Source of the DNA: a virus
Lineage: Duplodnaviria; Heunggongvirae; Uroviricota; Caudoviricetes
Virus record (IMG/VR): IMGVR_UViG_2737471820_000002
Length of the DNA: 43,472 nt
Direction: 5' to 3' (one strand)
The position numbers and the translations under genes are program-made. Below the pieces are notes generated by a model. That model searched no databases, was not told where the DNA came from, and saw only the letters and a program-made list of their open reading frames with translations. Below, in pieces: positions 1-11,172 of the stretch. How positions within the stretch are numbered: the stretch's first letter is position 1; each line of letters starts with the position of its first letter.

Positions 1-1275
1 TTAATCACTCAACGTCTTTAATTCTTTGAGCAATTTAGCTTTATCATCATCATTTTTAATAGATGAGATAATCTTCTCAGTTAATGCTAACAATCTAACG
101 AACATTTCGTTTAGCTCTTCATCGTTAGGTGTTTCTATACCATGAAGTAAGTTATTTCTGATTCTTTTAAAATAGTTTAGTTCAAATGACTCTTCTCGCG
201 TCAGCACTCCGTCAGAAACCAATGGCTCAAATTTTGCGGTGAAGAATTTTTTGTGCTGGCGATTGTTTTGATTATGAATTAAAGAGACTGCTTTTTCTAG
301 TAAAATCCATGTTTTAACAAATGACTCAAACCCTGATACATCCTTATGTTCCCCAAGAGCACGTTTGAAATAACTTGAAAGTTTTAAATTACCTCCAACG
401 CTCTTGTATGAATCATTAATAAACATAAGAAGCAATTGATCTGTGATTGTTTCTTTTTCACTTTGATTAATTTTACGCAAATATTCAGAAAGTTCACTGA
501 CGCTTATGCTAGAATTACCCTTGAGATAATTAAATAAAATTTTAGTATCACCTAATTTAAGTTTGCTTATATAATTCTTATTTAGTGAGTTGGTTATAAA
601 ACTCGTTAACTCATATCTATTTGAAATATTATCTTTTTCTTTAGTTCTTTTTGCTATGGCTTTTTGAAGTCTTTCAAGAGCTATTTCGCCAGTAAGCACT
701 AATCCATTAATCTCATCTAGAATTGCAAGTTCCTCTTCAGATAAATCGCCTGCTAGAGGTTTGTAAACAAGGTCATGTTCGACTTCGGACCAGGCATGCA
801 TAAGAACCGATGCTACTTGAATCTCAAATAATGCACTTTCGTAACGCTTATTATTTTGGTTAGAGTTTTTCAAATTGACACGATAATGAGATGCCCAGTA
901 ACCAGAGAACCTTTTTTCAAATTTAGGTTTATAAGATGCTTCTGGAAAGTTTTTCTTTTTCCGGACATTAAATAAAAAATTAATAGTTTCATCAACTACT
1001 TCTCTATCTTTTGGAAAATATAAAGCTACTCGAACACCGGCCAGGTCGAAAATATCTTCATATATATTAGCAACATCTGCATATGCTGACTTTTCATTTC
1101 TTTGATTAAGTTTTTGTTCTAAGCGGTCTGGTCGCTTAGCTCTGAATGAAACTATGGCTTTAATCCCTCTCTTTTCCAATTCCTGCTCGAGCAAGCTTGA
1201 GCCTATTTTTGCCAACTCAGAATAGTAATCATACTGCTTGCTATATTGTTCTAAAAAATCTTTTATGACACTCAT
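1..1275 (-). CDS. RelA/SpoT-family nucleotidyltransferase fused to a C-terminal HEPN-like domain (toxSAS/CapRel-like candidate defence protein)
   Basis: N-terminal region has synthetase-type motifs (FRAKRPDRLEQKL, DIFDLAGVRVALYF, EIQVASVLMHAWSEVEHDLVYK); C-terminal region ends with RIRNNLLHG, matching the HEPN RNxxxH signature; AGGAG-type RBS about 13 nt upstream of the ATG; very AT-rich. Confidence 0.6.
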   Translation of the reverse strand: MSVIKDFLEQYSKQYDYYSELAKIGSSLLEQELEKRGIKAIVSFRAKRPDRLEQKLNQRNEKSAYADVANIYEDIFDLAGVRVALYFPKDREVVDETINFLFNVRKKKNFPEASYKPKFEKRFSGYWASHYRVNLKNSNQNNKRYESALFEIQVASVLMHAWSEVEHDLVYKPLAGDLSEEELAILDEINGLVLTGEIALERLQKAIAKRTKEKDNISNRYELTSFITNSLNKNYISKLKLGDTKILFNYLKGNSSISVSELSEYLRKINQSEKETITDQLLLMFINDSYKSVGGNLKLSSYFKRALGEHKDVSGFESFVKTWILLEKAVSLIHNQNNRQHKKFFTAKFEPLVSDGVLTREESFELNYFKRIRNNLLHGIETPNDEELNEMFVRLLALTEKIISSIKNDDDKAKLLKELKTLSD

Positions 1276-1655
1276 AGAGACTAACTACTCCTTGTATAAG
1301 AAGATTGAATCGAATGATAAAGAAACCTAACGAACTCTAGATGAATGGGTGATAGATTATCCACTTTTGGCACTGTGATAAAGCATTTTTCTGATGAGAT
1401 CTTCCTTGCAAATGAAACTATAACATACTTTGATTATTAATATTAAACAATAATTAATGGCTGTGTTTTTTCACCATAAGGATATCTGAAGATATGTCCG
1501 CTTCTGGCACATAGCAGACCAGAGACACTGGCGTAAAGCCATGGAGGATCGGTGGGAGGAGGTAAAAATCCTCTCATGCAAAAAATATGCAAAATCGATA
1601 ACAGTTGGAAATCATTCAATACTCGCACTATCGGAAGTTCACCAGCCAGTCGTAG

Positions 1656-1700
1656 CACGTTCTTGCATACGACGTGGCTACGGGTTTCGAGACCGACCCG
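1656..1700. repeat. Copy A of an imperfect direct repeat / hairpin element (core TTCTTGCATACGACG)
   Basis: agcacgttcttgcatacgacgtggctacggg sits inside an inverted repeat (cgtagc...gctacg); a second copy lies at 2670-2712. Confidence 0.4.
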
Positions 1701-1778
1701 ATCATCAAACGAAACATAAAATTAGCTCACCTTATGAGGAAAGGTATCTTTTTTCGCTATGTAAATTCAAAGGGTTAG

Positions 1779-2648
<870 letters not shown>

Positions 2649-2669
2649 GTCTTTAAGTGATAAGCATAA

Positions 2670-2712
2670 ACCGCAGCACGATCTTCTTGCATACGACGAG
2701 CCTGCGGTTTCA
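2670..2712. repeat. Copy B of the imperfect direct repeat / hairpin element
   Basis: gcagcacgatcttcttgcatacgacgagcctgcgg is flanked by inverted arms aaccgcag / ctgcggtt; it overlaps the stop codon of the invertase remnant. Confidence 0.4.
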
Positions 2713-2990
2713 TTTATCTCCGACCGGAAACTTCTTATACAGTGTCGATATACCAACATCATAGATGATCGCCACCTTCTGGCGAGGAACGCCTGATGCA
2801 ATTAATCGCCCGGCCTGCGCCCATTGTTCATCTGTTAGGTTTGGCCTACGGCTACCTATCCAACCTCCAGTGAGTGCTCAGCTAATCCCGCCTGCGTTCG
2901 CTCAACAATCATTTCCCTTTCCATTTTGTCCAATTGTTCCCAGTACATCATGGAGAGCCCCATTAGTGCTCTGGTATTAGTGATTTCTAA
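2710..2990 (-). pseudogene. Serine recombinase (Gin/Pin/Hin-type DNA invertase) C-terminal remnant, 5'-truncated and frameshifted
   Basis: Minus-strand translation gives ...LMGLSMMYWEQLDKMEREMIVERTQAGLAEHSLEVG* then, in another frame, GWIGSRRPNLTDEQWAQAGRLIASGVPRQKVAIIYDVGISTLYKKFPVGDK*, resembling the invertase C-terminal HTH (compare Hin/Gin ...EMERELIIERT...GGRPPKLT...QVALIYDV..STLYKK); no catalytic N-terminal domain is present. Confidence 0.55.
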
Positions 2991-3121
2991 TATTTGGAGT
3001 TTAGCAGATGGCACAACCCTGATTGTGTTCCCTTCAATTGATCTATTATTTTTATCAGTTATTTAGTATGCTTACCTTATCAATTAAAGTTTCATAATTA
3101 CAAAATTGGGTCAGTATATAA

Positions 3122-4213
3122 ATGAATAAAAGAAAAACGCTTTTCAATATACAAGCACTAAGGTTTATTGCTGCAGCTATGGTGGTTTTGGCACATGCCG
3201 AACTTGGACAATATGGCATTGGGAATATCGAAATCCTTGCATCTCTGGGAGGATTTGGCGTTATTATATTTTTCATAATTAGTGGGTTTATTATACCTTA
3301 CGTAGCATATGGTGGCTCTCAATCAGAAGGAGAATTCAAAATATCTGCAGGGAACTTTTTTATGCGAAGAGTAATAAGAATAATCCCGGTATATGCTTTA
3401 ATTACCGCCCTTTGCGTTCTATCAGCCTTCATAGTAAAACATTATATATCTTCCCCAACTCCACCTATTGCTTATTGGTGGCCCGAAACAAAAATCAGTC
3501 TTCAATGGTATCTTGAGAGTATTACATTCACTCACTGGCATCGCGATGCAATTCTAAGTATAGGTTGGACATTACAACTTGAATTTTTGTTTTATACTTC
3601 TTTTGCATTTTTTATTGCTATCAAATTATCAAGGTTAGAGTATATAGAGATCTTATTTTTAACTATATCCATAGTAGCTAATATTTTAACTTATCAAAAT
3701 AACAGCATCATATTCGAAATTCTTCCGTTCATGAAAACACTGGCAAGACCAGAAATGGTCGTATTTGCTATGGGTATGTTTATGTATCGATTATACTTAC
3801 TGGGCGCTATGTTAAAAAAAACAATTGCGCTTACAATATTAACTTTGTTTATTCCCACATTCTTATTATGTGAATACTTTAATATTACAACAAACATGGG
3901 GGGGGAATGGCATCGTCCTTTGATATGGGGGTTTTTCGCTTTTTATGGTGTCTGGGCAGCGTTGAGCCTTGAAGGTAAAATAAAACCGGCTAAACTTATT
4001 ATTTTCCTCGGTGATGCTTCATATAGTATATATTTGACGCATGGTTTGATTACAGCTTGGGTATCATATATGTTTGTGTCTTTCGGACTTATTGATTATT
4101 CCAATGTATTTCTATATATTGGAATATACTTTATAATAAGTTGTGCGCTTGGCAGCGTCATTCATATGTACATAGAAAAACCCATCGCAGAATTTTTAAA
4201 ACGTTTTGTTTGA
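3122..4213 (+). CDS. Acyltransferase family 3 membrane protein (OafA/Oac-like, candidate O-antigen acetylase)
   Basis: 363 aa polytopic hydrophobic protein, N-terminal FNIQALRFIAAAMVVLAHA typical of acyltransferase_3; AT-rich; sits where the alternate tail-fibre genes of a Mu-type invertible segment would be. Confidence 0.65.
   Translation: MNKRKTLFNIQALRFIAAAMVVLAHAELGQYGIGNIEILASLGGFGVIIFFIISGFIIPYVAYGGSQSEGEFKISAGNFFMRRVIRIIPVYALITALCVLSAFIVKHYISSPTPPIAYWWPETKISLQWYLESITFTHWHRDAILSIGWTLQLEFLFYTSFAFFIAIKLSRLEYIEILFLTISIVANILTYQNNSIIFEILPFMKTLARPEMVVFAMGMFMYRLYLLGAMLKKTIALTILTLFIPTFLLCEYFNITTNMGGEWHRPLIWGFFAFYGVWAALSLEGKIKPAKLIIFLGDASYSIYLTHGLITAWVSYMFVSFGLIDYSNVFLYIGIYFIISCALGSVIHMYIEKPIAEFLKRFV
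3898..3905 (+). repeat. G8 homopolymeric tract inside the acyltransferase ORF
   Basis: atgggggggggaatgg encodes M-G-G-E-W in frame; counted directly from the sequence. Confidence 0.9.
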
Positions 4214-4265
4214 CCAAATGGTCATAACTACCCCCCTTAAAATACGAAAGTAAATAATTAGAACA

Positions 4266-4292
4266 TGTGCTTTGAGTTAAACACTCAAAGCA
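4266..4292. terminator. Putative hairpin between the acyltransferase and tail-fibre-assembly genes
   Basis: gtgctttgag-ttaaaca-ctcaaagcac, 10-bp stem, followed by an A/T-rich tract; may act bidirectionally. Confidence 0.3.
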
Positions 4293-4441
4293 CAAAATAA
4301 AAAGCGCTGCCATTGTCTATTTTGCCCCTTCTCACGCTCGTTTTTTATTTTATAATAATACACCTCCAGTTACACTGTTGTAATTAAAAGCATGAATCAT
4401 CAATTAGTTCATCCCTTAATCTAACTCTTCCCCAAACGTTC

Positions 4442-5029
4442 CTATTCTGGTTCGGTGGGCCAGTTGATATTTGGCGCAAATGAAGTATCTATAGCCTGAA
4501 TGGCTTTTATGTACTGCACCCACGCAATCAGACTTTCCTTATCCCCATCACTGATGATGTCCAGTCGCAATTCTGTCTGCCAGAGACTTATTTTATCCTG
4601 CGCTTCAGCCAGTAACGCAGCCTTCTTCTGTTCAGCGGCTTCAACATCGGCAACGTGCTGTGCGTCAGTATCTGTTACCCACTTTTTGCCGTCCCACTTT
4701 TGATATGGTCCTGATGGCGCAACAGTTGTGTACCCCTTCCTGACTGGGCCGATATAATCTATAGTGGAAGATGAGGTATCATCGGTTGAATATACCGTTT
4801 CACCACGATGCTCTTCATCCTGTCGCCATCCGGTGCCCGTGAACATAAAAACCTTTCCATCAACCATTTCACCTGGATCAACATCTGTTGAATTACCCGG
4901 CATGCTGACGCCAGCGTTAATATATTCATCTGACCAGCCAGCATATTCCATGGTCACTGCATCGTAATAAAAACAACGAATATCACCGGCCTGCGTTGCC
5001 AGACCATTTTCATCAAAGACAGGTTTCAT
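4442..5029 (-). CDS. Tail fibre assembly protein (Tfa / Mu U-like)
   Basis: 195 aa immediately downstream of the tail fibre gene with a stop/start junction; typical Tfa position and composition. Confidence 0.65.
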   Translation of the reverse strand: MKPVFDENGLATQAGDIRCFYYDAVTMEYAGWSDEYINAGVSMPGNSTDVDPGEMVDGKVFMFTGTGWRQDEEHRGETVYSTDDTSSSTIDYIGPVRKGYTTVAPSGPYQKWDGKKWVTDTDAQHVADVEAAEQKKAALLAEAQDKISLWQTELRLDIISDGDKESLIAWVQYIKAIQAIDTSFAPNINWPTEPE

Positions 5030-6111
5030 TACTTTGCCCTCACCAGGAAATTGAATGCGATGTTGCGCGGTCGGTTCTCGTTTGCAATTGATACCGATGG
5101 GTCTTTTCCAGCGCTGAAGAGAATACTTTGAGCAACAGTGCTTCCGCCTGGCTGGAGGTTCGTTAAGTTTTGTGCCCCCCCAGAATAAAGCGCACCAGAA
5201 TTTGTAGTATTCCCAAAATATTGAACAAAACCGACTTCACCAGTGATATTTCGGATGGCATCCACCTGAGTACTCAGCAATGCCCTTCCTGAATCGACCC
5301 CACGACCATCATCCCAGATACGCGGGAATTCGCCTCGAGCTTCGGGAAGTGTAAGTCCAGGGAACACCTGTGCAAGTTTGGGGTATACCGCAGCAGAAAA
5401 TGACGCGCCGTTAAATTTTAAAAACACCATGTCAGACCATTCGCTTATGACCGTATTCGGCATTGCTGCGGAGGGCCAGAAGAATGGGACACCGATAGCT
5501 GGCGCACCAGACCCCATCCCCACATCTGCTGGCGTTGGCTTATATTTTTCAGAAAAGAGCTTATACTTCCAAATCGTAGTGTTGCCGGTTACAGCACGAA
5601 TGATTGGTGTTGCTCCAGCAGAATTTGCTAGCGGAAGATAAATCTGCACTCGTTGTTTTGATTCGGAATCATACAACAACGTTAGCACCATTCCGTAATC
5701 AATCCCAAAATCCGGGTCTGTATTACCGCCGTATGCATAAAAACCAGAACTTGTTGCGCTCGAAAGCAAGTTAATGTTAGAACCAGCGATATTTTTACCG
5801 ATACCCAGGTCCGTTAAATCAAGGTTTTCGAGAGCTGTTTTCACTGTGCCATCCGATTTGATATCACCAAACGGATTCTTGCGGCTTAACAGCAGAGCAC
5901 GAAGCGCGGTAAGCAACTGGTCGTTTCGCCCCTTCTCCAGGCTGGCACCGGATGCCTCCACCACGCTGCAGAGTTCTTCCTGCAACATATCAAAGTAATC
6001 ATCATCCAGATCGGTGGCAGGTGTGCCAGTCTGGGGGTTACCACGGGTAAAACCGTTCTTACCCGCGCCGAACTTATCCTTCTGCGCGGTTTTCGTGTCT
6101 ATACGATGCAT
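5029..6111 (-). CDS. Tail fibre protein (Mu S-like)
   Basis: 360 aa, Gly/Ser/Thr-rich, placed after the baseplate genes. Confidence 0.65.
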   Translation of the reverse strand: MHRIDTKTAQKDKFGAGKNGFTRGNPQTGTPATDLDDDYFDMLQEELCSVVEASGASLEKGRNDQLLTALRALLLSRKNPFGDIKSDGTVKTALENLDLTDLGIGKNIAGSNINLLSSATSSGFYAYGGNTDPDFGIDYGMVLTLLYDSESKQRVQIYLPLANSAGATPIIRAVTGNTTIWKYKLFSEKYKPTPADVGMGSGAPAIGVPFFWPSAAMPNTVISEWSDMVFLKFNGASFSAAVYPKLAQVFPGLTLPEARGEFPRIWDDGRGVDSGRALLSTQVDAIRNITGEVGFVQYFGNTTNSGALYSGGAQNLTNLQPGGSTVAQSILFSAGKDPSVSIANENRPRNIAFNFLVRAK

Positions 6112-6114
6112 GGA

Positions 6115-6699
6115 TTACTCCGGATATTTAAAAATTACGTAGGTATGCGACGGGCAGAGTTTGTTAAGCACACATTCGACAACGGTGTCGCCCCAGATAC
6201 GCAGCGCGGAATCACAGGGATCGCCACATGTCATCCAGGTGGTGTTTGTGGCGGCTGGCATGTTGACCTGCCAGTAATACCGCCATTCCGGCGCATTCAC
6301 CGCGTCAGTACAGGCCGATGAGCAGGTGAACGTGCTTTTGTCGTATCGCGTGATGGTAGCGTCTGGTCTGCCCAGGGCAGCAAGCTGTGCAAGATAAAAA
6401 TTCTCGTTGATGCCGCCCGCCAGGTTAACCTTCGCATCCAGCCGCTGCTGACGCTGACGAAGGGTCTGTGTCCCTGCGGGAATACATTCATCCGGCAGAC
6501 CGCACAGACGCTCCCAGCGGTTTATCAGTTCAGTGGTGGTGCGCGGATCCAGCTCCCGCATCAGGGCATCCGCACGCTGATGAACGCGGGTTAATGACGG
6601 TGCCGCACCGGCAATCGCCGGATCGCTGGCTGACCACGCCGGACCGGGGGGCAACAGTGCCGACAACAGACGGATGTAATCATCGTTTGTCACGTCCAT
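6115..6699 (-). CDS. Mu gp48-like tail/baseplate protein (YmfQ/DUF2313-like)
   Basis: 194 aa in the gp48 position after baseplate J. Confidence 0.5.
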   Translation of the reverse strand: MDVTNDDYIRLLSALLPPGPAWSASDPAIAGAAPSLTRVHQRADALMRELDPRTTTELINRWERLCGLPDECIPAGTQTLRQRQQRLDAKVNLAGGINENFYLAQLAALGRPDATITRYDKSTFTCSSACTDAVNAPEWRYYWQVNMPAATNTTWMTCGDPCDSALRIWGDTVVECVLNKLCPSHTYVIFKYPE

Positions 6700-7748
6700 G
6701 AAATCGTCCCCAGTACCGCCAGTTCATTTTTTGCAATGGAGATATTGTCTGCCGGTGCAAGCAACTGATGGCTGTATTCCCCGTTCGCACCGGAAATCGC
6801 CTCACTGATACGCGATACCTTCAGTTCTCCCTGCGGATAACCATCACGCAGCAGGAACGAACGCAACTCCGCGGTGATGGCAGCCCGTATTTCCGGTGTG
6901 TCCGGCGTCACGCGGATATGAAAATCCACCGTATGTGCCACCGGCCTGAACACATACAAATCAGAACCTGCCACCGGGGCCAGTGGCCCGATATGTTGTC
7001 TTGCCGCCGTTTCCGTTGATTCTTCAGGAATGGGATTAATCAGGTCACTGCTGGCAATCATCACACCGACAGTTCCCGTTCCCATCCAGTGACGGTATGT
7101 CCATGCGCGGGTAATGCCGGGCACTTCTTTAGCCCAGACGACATAGTCCCCGTCAGCCCCGCCCTGCGGCGTCCAGTAATACCGCTCAATGACGCGGGCG
7201 CGCCACGTTTCCAGCTCTTCAGTATCAAATCCGCCTGTCAGGGTGTCAGCCACACCGGAAGACGGCAGACCATTCACCGGCGTGACCAGGATTAATGCCG
7301 TACCGTCGTCAGCGTTACCGACCGCGCCTGCATTTGAGCAGGCGATCGGCACGCGCAGGACACCACCGGAGCTGGTTGCATCGGCAGTTGCAGTATACTG
7401 AACCAGGTCATCGCGCTGAATAACACTCCCGGCGGTCACCTTCAGGCCATCGCTGACACCTTCCCAGCGCATATACCCGCTGGCAGCCGTGGCCCCCTTG
7501 CGCGGACACCGTTTCATCGCAGCATGTCGCGCCAGCCAGGACTCATCGCACAGGTCAGGCAGCATGTTCATTGCCAGATAATCGATGTACCCGTAAACCG
7601 TATGCAGCGCCGCCGCATACACCTTTGCCCGCACGTCTTCATCCATGCGCCGGAGCGTGTCGCTGACGTCCAGCCTGGCGAATAAATCGTTACGGAGCAT
7701 ACTGATATTTTCTGCCAGCGTCGGGCGCTGAAATTCACTGTCCGCCAT
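6690..7748 (-). CDS. Baseplate J-like protein (Mu gp47)
   Basis: 352 aa, in order within the baseplate module. Confidence 0.6.
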   Translation of the reverse strand: MADSEFQRPTLAENISMLRNDLFARLDVSDTLRRMDEDVRAKVYAAALHTVYGYIDYLAMNMLPDLCDESWLARHAAMKRCPRKGATAASGYMRWEGVSDGLKVTAGSVIQRDDLVQYTATADATSSGGVLRVPIACSNAGAVGNADDGTALILVTPVNGLPSSGVADTLTGGFDTEELETWRARVIERYYWTPQGGADGDYVVWAKEVPGITRAWTYRHWMGTGTVGVMIASSDLINPIPEESTETAARQHIGPLAPVAGSDLYVFRPVAHTVDFHIRVTPDTPEIRAAITAELRSFLLRDGYPQGELKVSRISEAISGANGEYSHQLLAPADNISIAKNELAVLGTISWT

Positions 7749-8163
7749 GCGTTATCGCACTCCACAGATCATCAAAAGAAATCATTACCGGTCCGTCACG
7801 ACGCCAGAGAGTGATACTGTTACCCAGTTCATTAATCCCGGTGCGGCGGATATCCAGATCAATACGGGACACCACGCCGTCATCAATCATCCATTGCAGG
7901 CATTCGCGGATATACCCCCTTACCGTCAGCACCAGCTGATTGGTCAGTTTGCTGCGCTGAAGCAGCCACAGCCGGGAGCCGTAACGGTCATTCTGTACCG
8001 CAGGCCAGGTATCCCCCCACCATCCCATCGGGACGTCGGCGTTGTCATCAGGCTCCGCCCGCCGCCAGGTAAACAGGGAAATCACCACGGCGCGGGTCAG
8101 CGGATCCAGCGGTGCGCTGGCGCAGGTGCGTTTACCGTTCACCGTCAGCCACAGTTCCATCAT
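7735..8163 (-). CDS. Mu gp46-like baseplate protein
   Basis: 142 aa between baseplate V and J. Confidence 0.5.
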   Translation of the reverse strand: MMELWLTVNGKRTCASAPLDPLTRAVVISLFTWRRAEPDDNADVPMGWWGDTWPAVQNDRYGSRLWLLQRSKLTNQLVLTVRGYIRECLQWMIDDGVVSRIDLDIRRTGINELGNSITLWRRDGPVMISFDDLWSAITHGGQ

Positions 8164-8708
8164 GCCTCCATCGCTTTATCAGGTTTGTCGGTGTTACTGC
8201 CCTGACCGTTCTCTCTGTGACGATGCCCGTTATAGGCAAGCCGCATCGCTGACATGGTGGTGCCGCCGGAGTCGCACAGGTCTTTCACCTGTCCTGTCAC
8301 TTCCAGGTCCATTTCAAAACGTGCTTTAGGTGAATTGCGAAACGTGATCGTTTTACCTGCACCGTCCACCACGATCCCCTCCCGGGTCAGCGTCACGGAC
8401 TGCCCCTGATCGTCATAGACAGCCACCTCACCCGTCTGCAGCCCTTTCAGGCGGTAGCGCCGGTCCGACACCGTAACAACCACCGCATGAGAACGGTCAC
8501 CATCCGGAAACAACACCACCGCTTCCGCACCGCTGTTTGCCCTTGCGGTAAAACCGTAGGGTTCAAGATGTTCAACCCCGGCTTTGGGTTCACCGGCAAT
8601 CAGGGACACATCCACGGTCTGACATTTCGTGGCGGCACTGATACTTTTCACCACTGCCCGCCCAATCAGGCCGAGGAGTTGTCGCTGCATGGCTTCAATC
8701 GTCCTCAT
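8160..8708 (-). CDS. Baseplate assembly protein V / spike (Mu gp45)
   Basis: 182 aa; overlaps its neighbours by 4 nt. Confidence 0.55.
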   Translation of the reverse strand: MRTIEAMQRQLLGLIGRAVVKSISAATKCQTVDVSLIAGEPKAGVEHLEPYGFTARANSGAEAVVLFPDGDRSHAVVVTVSDRRYRLKGLQTGEVAVYDDQGQSVTLTREGIVVDGAGKTITFRNSPKARFEMDLEVTGQVKDLCDSGGTTMSAMRLAYNGHRHRENGQGSNTDKPDKAMEA

Positions 8709-9787
8709 CAGAACGGGTCCTCCTGTACTCTGGCTTTTTTCTTTTTCCGCGCGCCGGGGGCTTCGGGTTCAGGCAGATAAGCATCAGGTGGGCCGACACG
8801 GATTTCCGTCAGGGTGCCGTTCTGGTCCTGAGTAAACGTGACTTCCGAGACAAGCAGTTCGGTATTGTCGAAACCACAGACCGGATCGAAGACAATCACC
8901 CGCTGGTTGGGCTGCCACAGCGTACCATTACCCTGTCGCCAGCCCTGCACCACATAGGTGGTTTCATCCGTCCGCGCCGCCCGTTGTCGGGCTTCAAAGT
9001 CAGCACGCGCAATACAGCCTGCCCCCGTAGCCTGCCCTGTCTGCCTGATATACATCGGACGGTAACGGGCAATAAATGCGTCCTCTGTGCGGGCCCGCAG
9101 CGCGGTGGTGGTGGCCTCACCGAAATCATCGTCGTTTCCGGCACGCTGCCCCGCCACCTGGTAAACAGAAAACCGCTCCCGGATACTCTTCTCCGTATCG
9201 CAGGAAAGGATGTTTTCCCCAAGTACCAGCGCGGTATGTGCCCGCGTTGAGCCAATACCGCCAATCACCAGCCTGCCGTGCGTGTCGTCATAAGCCAGCG
9301 CCTGCTGCTGACCGAGTATTTTGTTAATCACCTCGATCACCGTTTCACCGTGATCAGGCTGGACATCAGGAATAACACCCGACGGCGCACCGCTGTTCAC
9401 CACCTCAATGCCGAAGGGCGCAGCAAGCGCCTGCGCAATCTGTACCAGTGATCGTCCGTTAAACTGTGTCGGTTCGGCTGCACAGTCAATCAGGTCAGCG
9501 GTCAGACTGCGTCCGGCAATACCGGTGCTGACCGAACGGGCATCGTAACGAACGGGCGTCGCCTCCACCCAGCCGGTGATCACCAGCTCATCACCAATCA
9601 GCACTTCCACTTTTGAACCGTTTTTAATGCGCGGCTGAAGCGTGGTGATACCCTCATCTCCCGGCCACTGGCGAGTGATCTCCACACTGAAATCCCGCGC
9701 CAGCCGTTCAATACCGGCACCGATGCGCACCGATGTCCAGCCATTCCACTCCCGGCCATTTACCCGTAGCGTGACATTGTCGTTCAT
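8708..9787 (-). CDS. Baseplate hub / late control D-like tail protein (Mu gp44)
   Basis: 359 aa, position after the DNA circulation protein. Confidence 0.55.
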   Translation of the reverse strand: MNDNVTLRVNGREWNGWTSVRIGAGIERLARDFSVEITRQWPGDEGITTLQPRIKNGSKVEVLIGDELVITGWVEATPVRYDARSVSTGIAGRSLTADLIDCAAEPTQFNGRSLVQIAQALAAPFGIEVVNSGAPSGVIPDVQPDHGETVIEVINKILGQQQALAYDDTHGRLVIGGIGSTRAHTALVLGENILSCDTEKSIRERFSVYQVAGQRAGNDDDFGEATTTALRARTEDAFIARYRPMYIRQTGQATGAGCIARADFEARQRAARTDETTYVVQGWRQGNGTLWQPNQRVIVFDPVCGFDNTELLVSEVTFTQDQNGTLTEIRVGPPDAYLPEPEAPGARKKKKARVQEDPF

Positions 9788-11154
9788 TGCACTGGCACCT
9801 TCAGAGGGATCACCGGCACAAAGCCGGGATGCGTAATGGCATTACGCCGGATAATGTCCGCGTCACGCGCCGCGTTATCAAACCAGGTCGCAGCCAGCAC
9901 CAGCGCGGGTAAAACCTCATCCGGCGTGCGCTGAATGATCCGTGCAGACTGTTCAAGGCGCGTGTTGATATCCGCATTCAGATCTGCTTTCACCCGGCGC
10001 AGCGCCAGAAACAGCGCATCACTGGTTGTACGGGACAACTCCTTATCAATTGCCGTATTCAGTGTGTCGCGAATGTCGGTCAGTTCTTCCCACGTTGGCA
10101 GGTCAACCGTGTTTTTCACCGCCGGTGCATTGTTCAGTGCCGGATGCGTGACAGAAGGCCAGCCGGTGCTCTGCGCGGGTGTTGTTGACTGCCCCACTGT
10201 GGCATTCTGCATCACCGCGGAAGTTGTGGGCGCAGGCAATCGTGTGACGGCATACGCCGCTTCGCTGATTGCGGTCGTACGAAGGGTGCTGGCAACCACG
10301 TTACGCTGCTGCGTCGCCGTGGCGGTGGTTTTACTGTCCGTTTTCCAGACGCCGCGCGGTTGCAGATCGCTGCCGAGGCTGACACCGGAAAGCGTTTTGA
10401 TCATGGTGACCAGGTCGCTGGCGTTACCATAAAGGCGTTTCCCGGTACGCCACATTTTCTGCACCTGCTCAACGAAATTTTTGCCTGACGATGGCGGCGG
10501 CAGAAGTACCGAGATATCCCCCTGCAACAGCCTGGCGGCATCCGATACGGCAGAATCCACCACTTTCATCGCATCAGAAACATACCCAAGCATTGTGCTG
10601 ACATTACCGACGACGTCGTTCTGCACAAAATCCGCCACGCCATCGATACTGAAACCGCTGAAGCTGTCACTGATGCAGTCATCCAGTGCAGAACAGGATG
10701 ACATCAGCGTCTGCGCCGTCGCCGCACCTGATGTGGGGTAAGAGAGTTCTCCTGCTTCGACAAACTTCAGGTCAAAACGGACAATACGCCCTTCACTCTT
10801 CGATGTGCTGACCCGAACTTCCCCGTCAACACAGACTTTCAGCTCACCGTAAGTCGGATGGACAAGCGTGCCGGGACCGGGTTTATTCAGAGCGTCAATC
10901 AGGCGATCGCGCTGGTCAAAGCAGTCATCTCCCACCACATAAGCCGTGATGGACGGGCGGAAAGTGATTTTCCCCTGGTCCTCGGTATAGGGTTTGTCGC
11001 GGTTCGGGTATTCGTGCGTTTCCACACGACGGCCGGTTCCCGCACTTTCTTCTTCAACCTTAAACGGCACACCGCGAAATGACGCGTCCTGAAGTCTGTC
11101 TTTCCACGTCATATAAACTCCGTACATAAAAAATCCCACCGGAGTGGGACTCAT
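9784..11154 (-). CDS. Mu gp43-like DNA circulation protein
   Basis: 456 aa following the tape measure gene. Confidence 0.55.
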   Translation of the reverse strand: MSPTPVGFFMYGVYMTWKDRLQDASFRGVPFKVEEESAGTGRRVETHEYPNRDKPYTEDQGKITFRPSITAYVVGDDCFDQRDRLIDALNKPGPGTLVHPTYGELKVCVDGEVRVSTSKSEGRIVRFDLKFVEAGELSYPTSGAATAQTLMSSCSALDDCISDSFSGFSIDGVADFVQNDVVGNVSTMLGYVSDAMKVVDSAVSDAARLLQGDISVLLPPPSSGKNFVEQVQKMWRTGKRLYGNASDLVTMIKTLSGVSLGSDLQPRGVWKTDSKTTATATQQRNVVASTLRTTAISEAAYAVTRLPAPTTSAVMQNATVGQSTTPAQSTGWPSVTHPALNNAPAVKNTVDLPTWEELTDIRDTLNTAIDKELSRTTSDALFLALRRVKADLNADINTRLEQSARIIQRTPDEVLPALVLAATWFDNAARDADIIRRNAITHPGFVPVIPLKVPVQ

Positions 11155-11172
11155 TAACAGATTAATTTTTCA

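Noticed and set aside
2765-3276. ORFs 2765-2980 (+) and 3055-3276 (-) as genes
   Set aside because: The region is better explained as the frameshifted invertase remnant on the minus strand and the acyltransferase promoter/5' end; these frames lack support.
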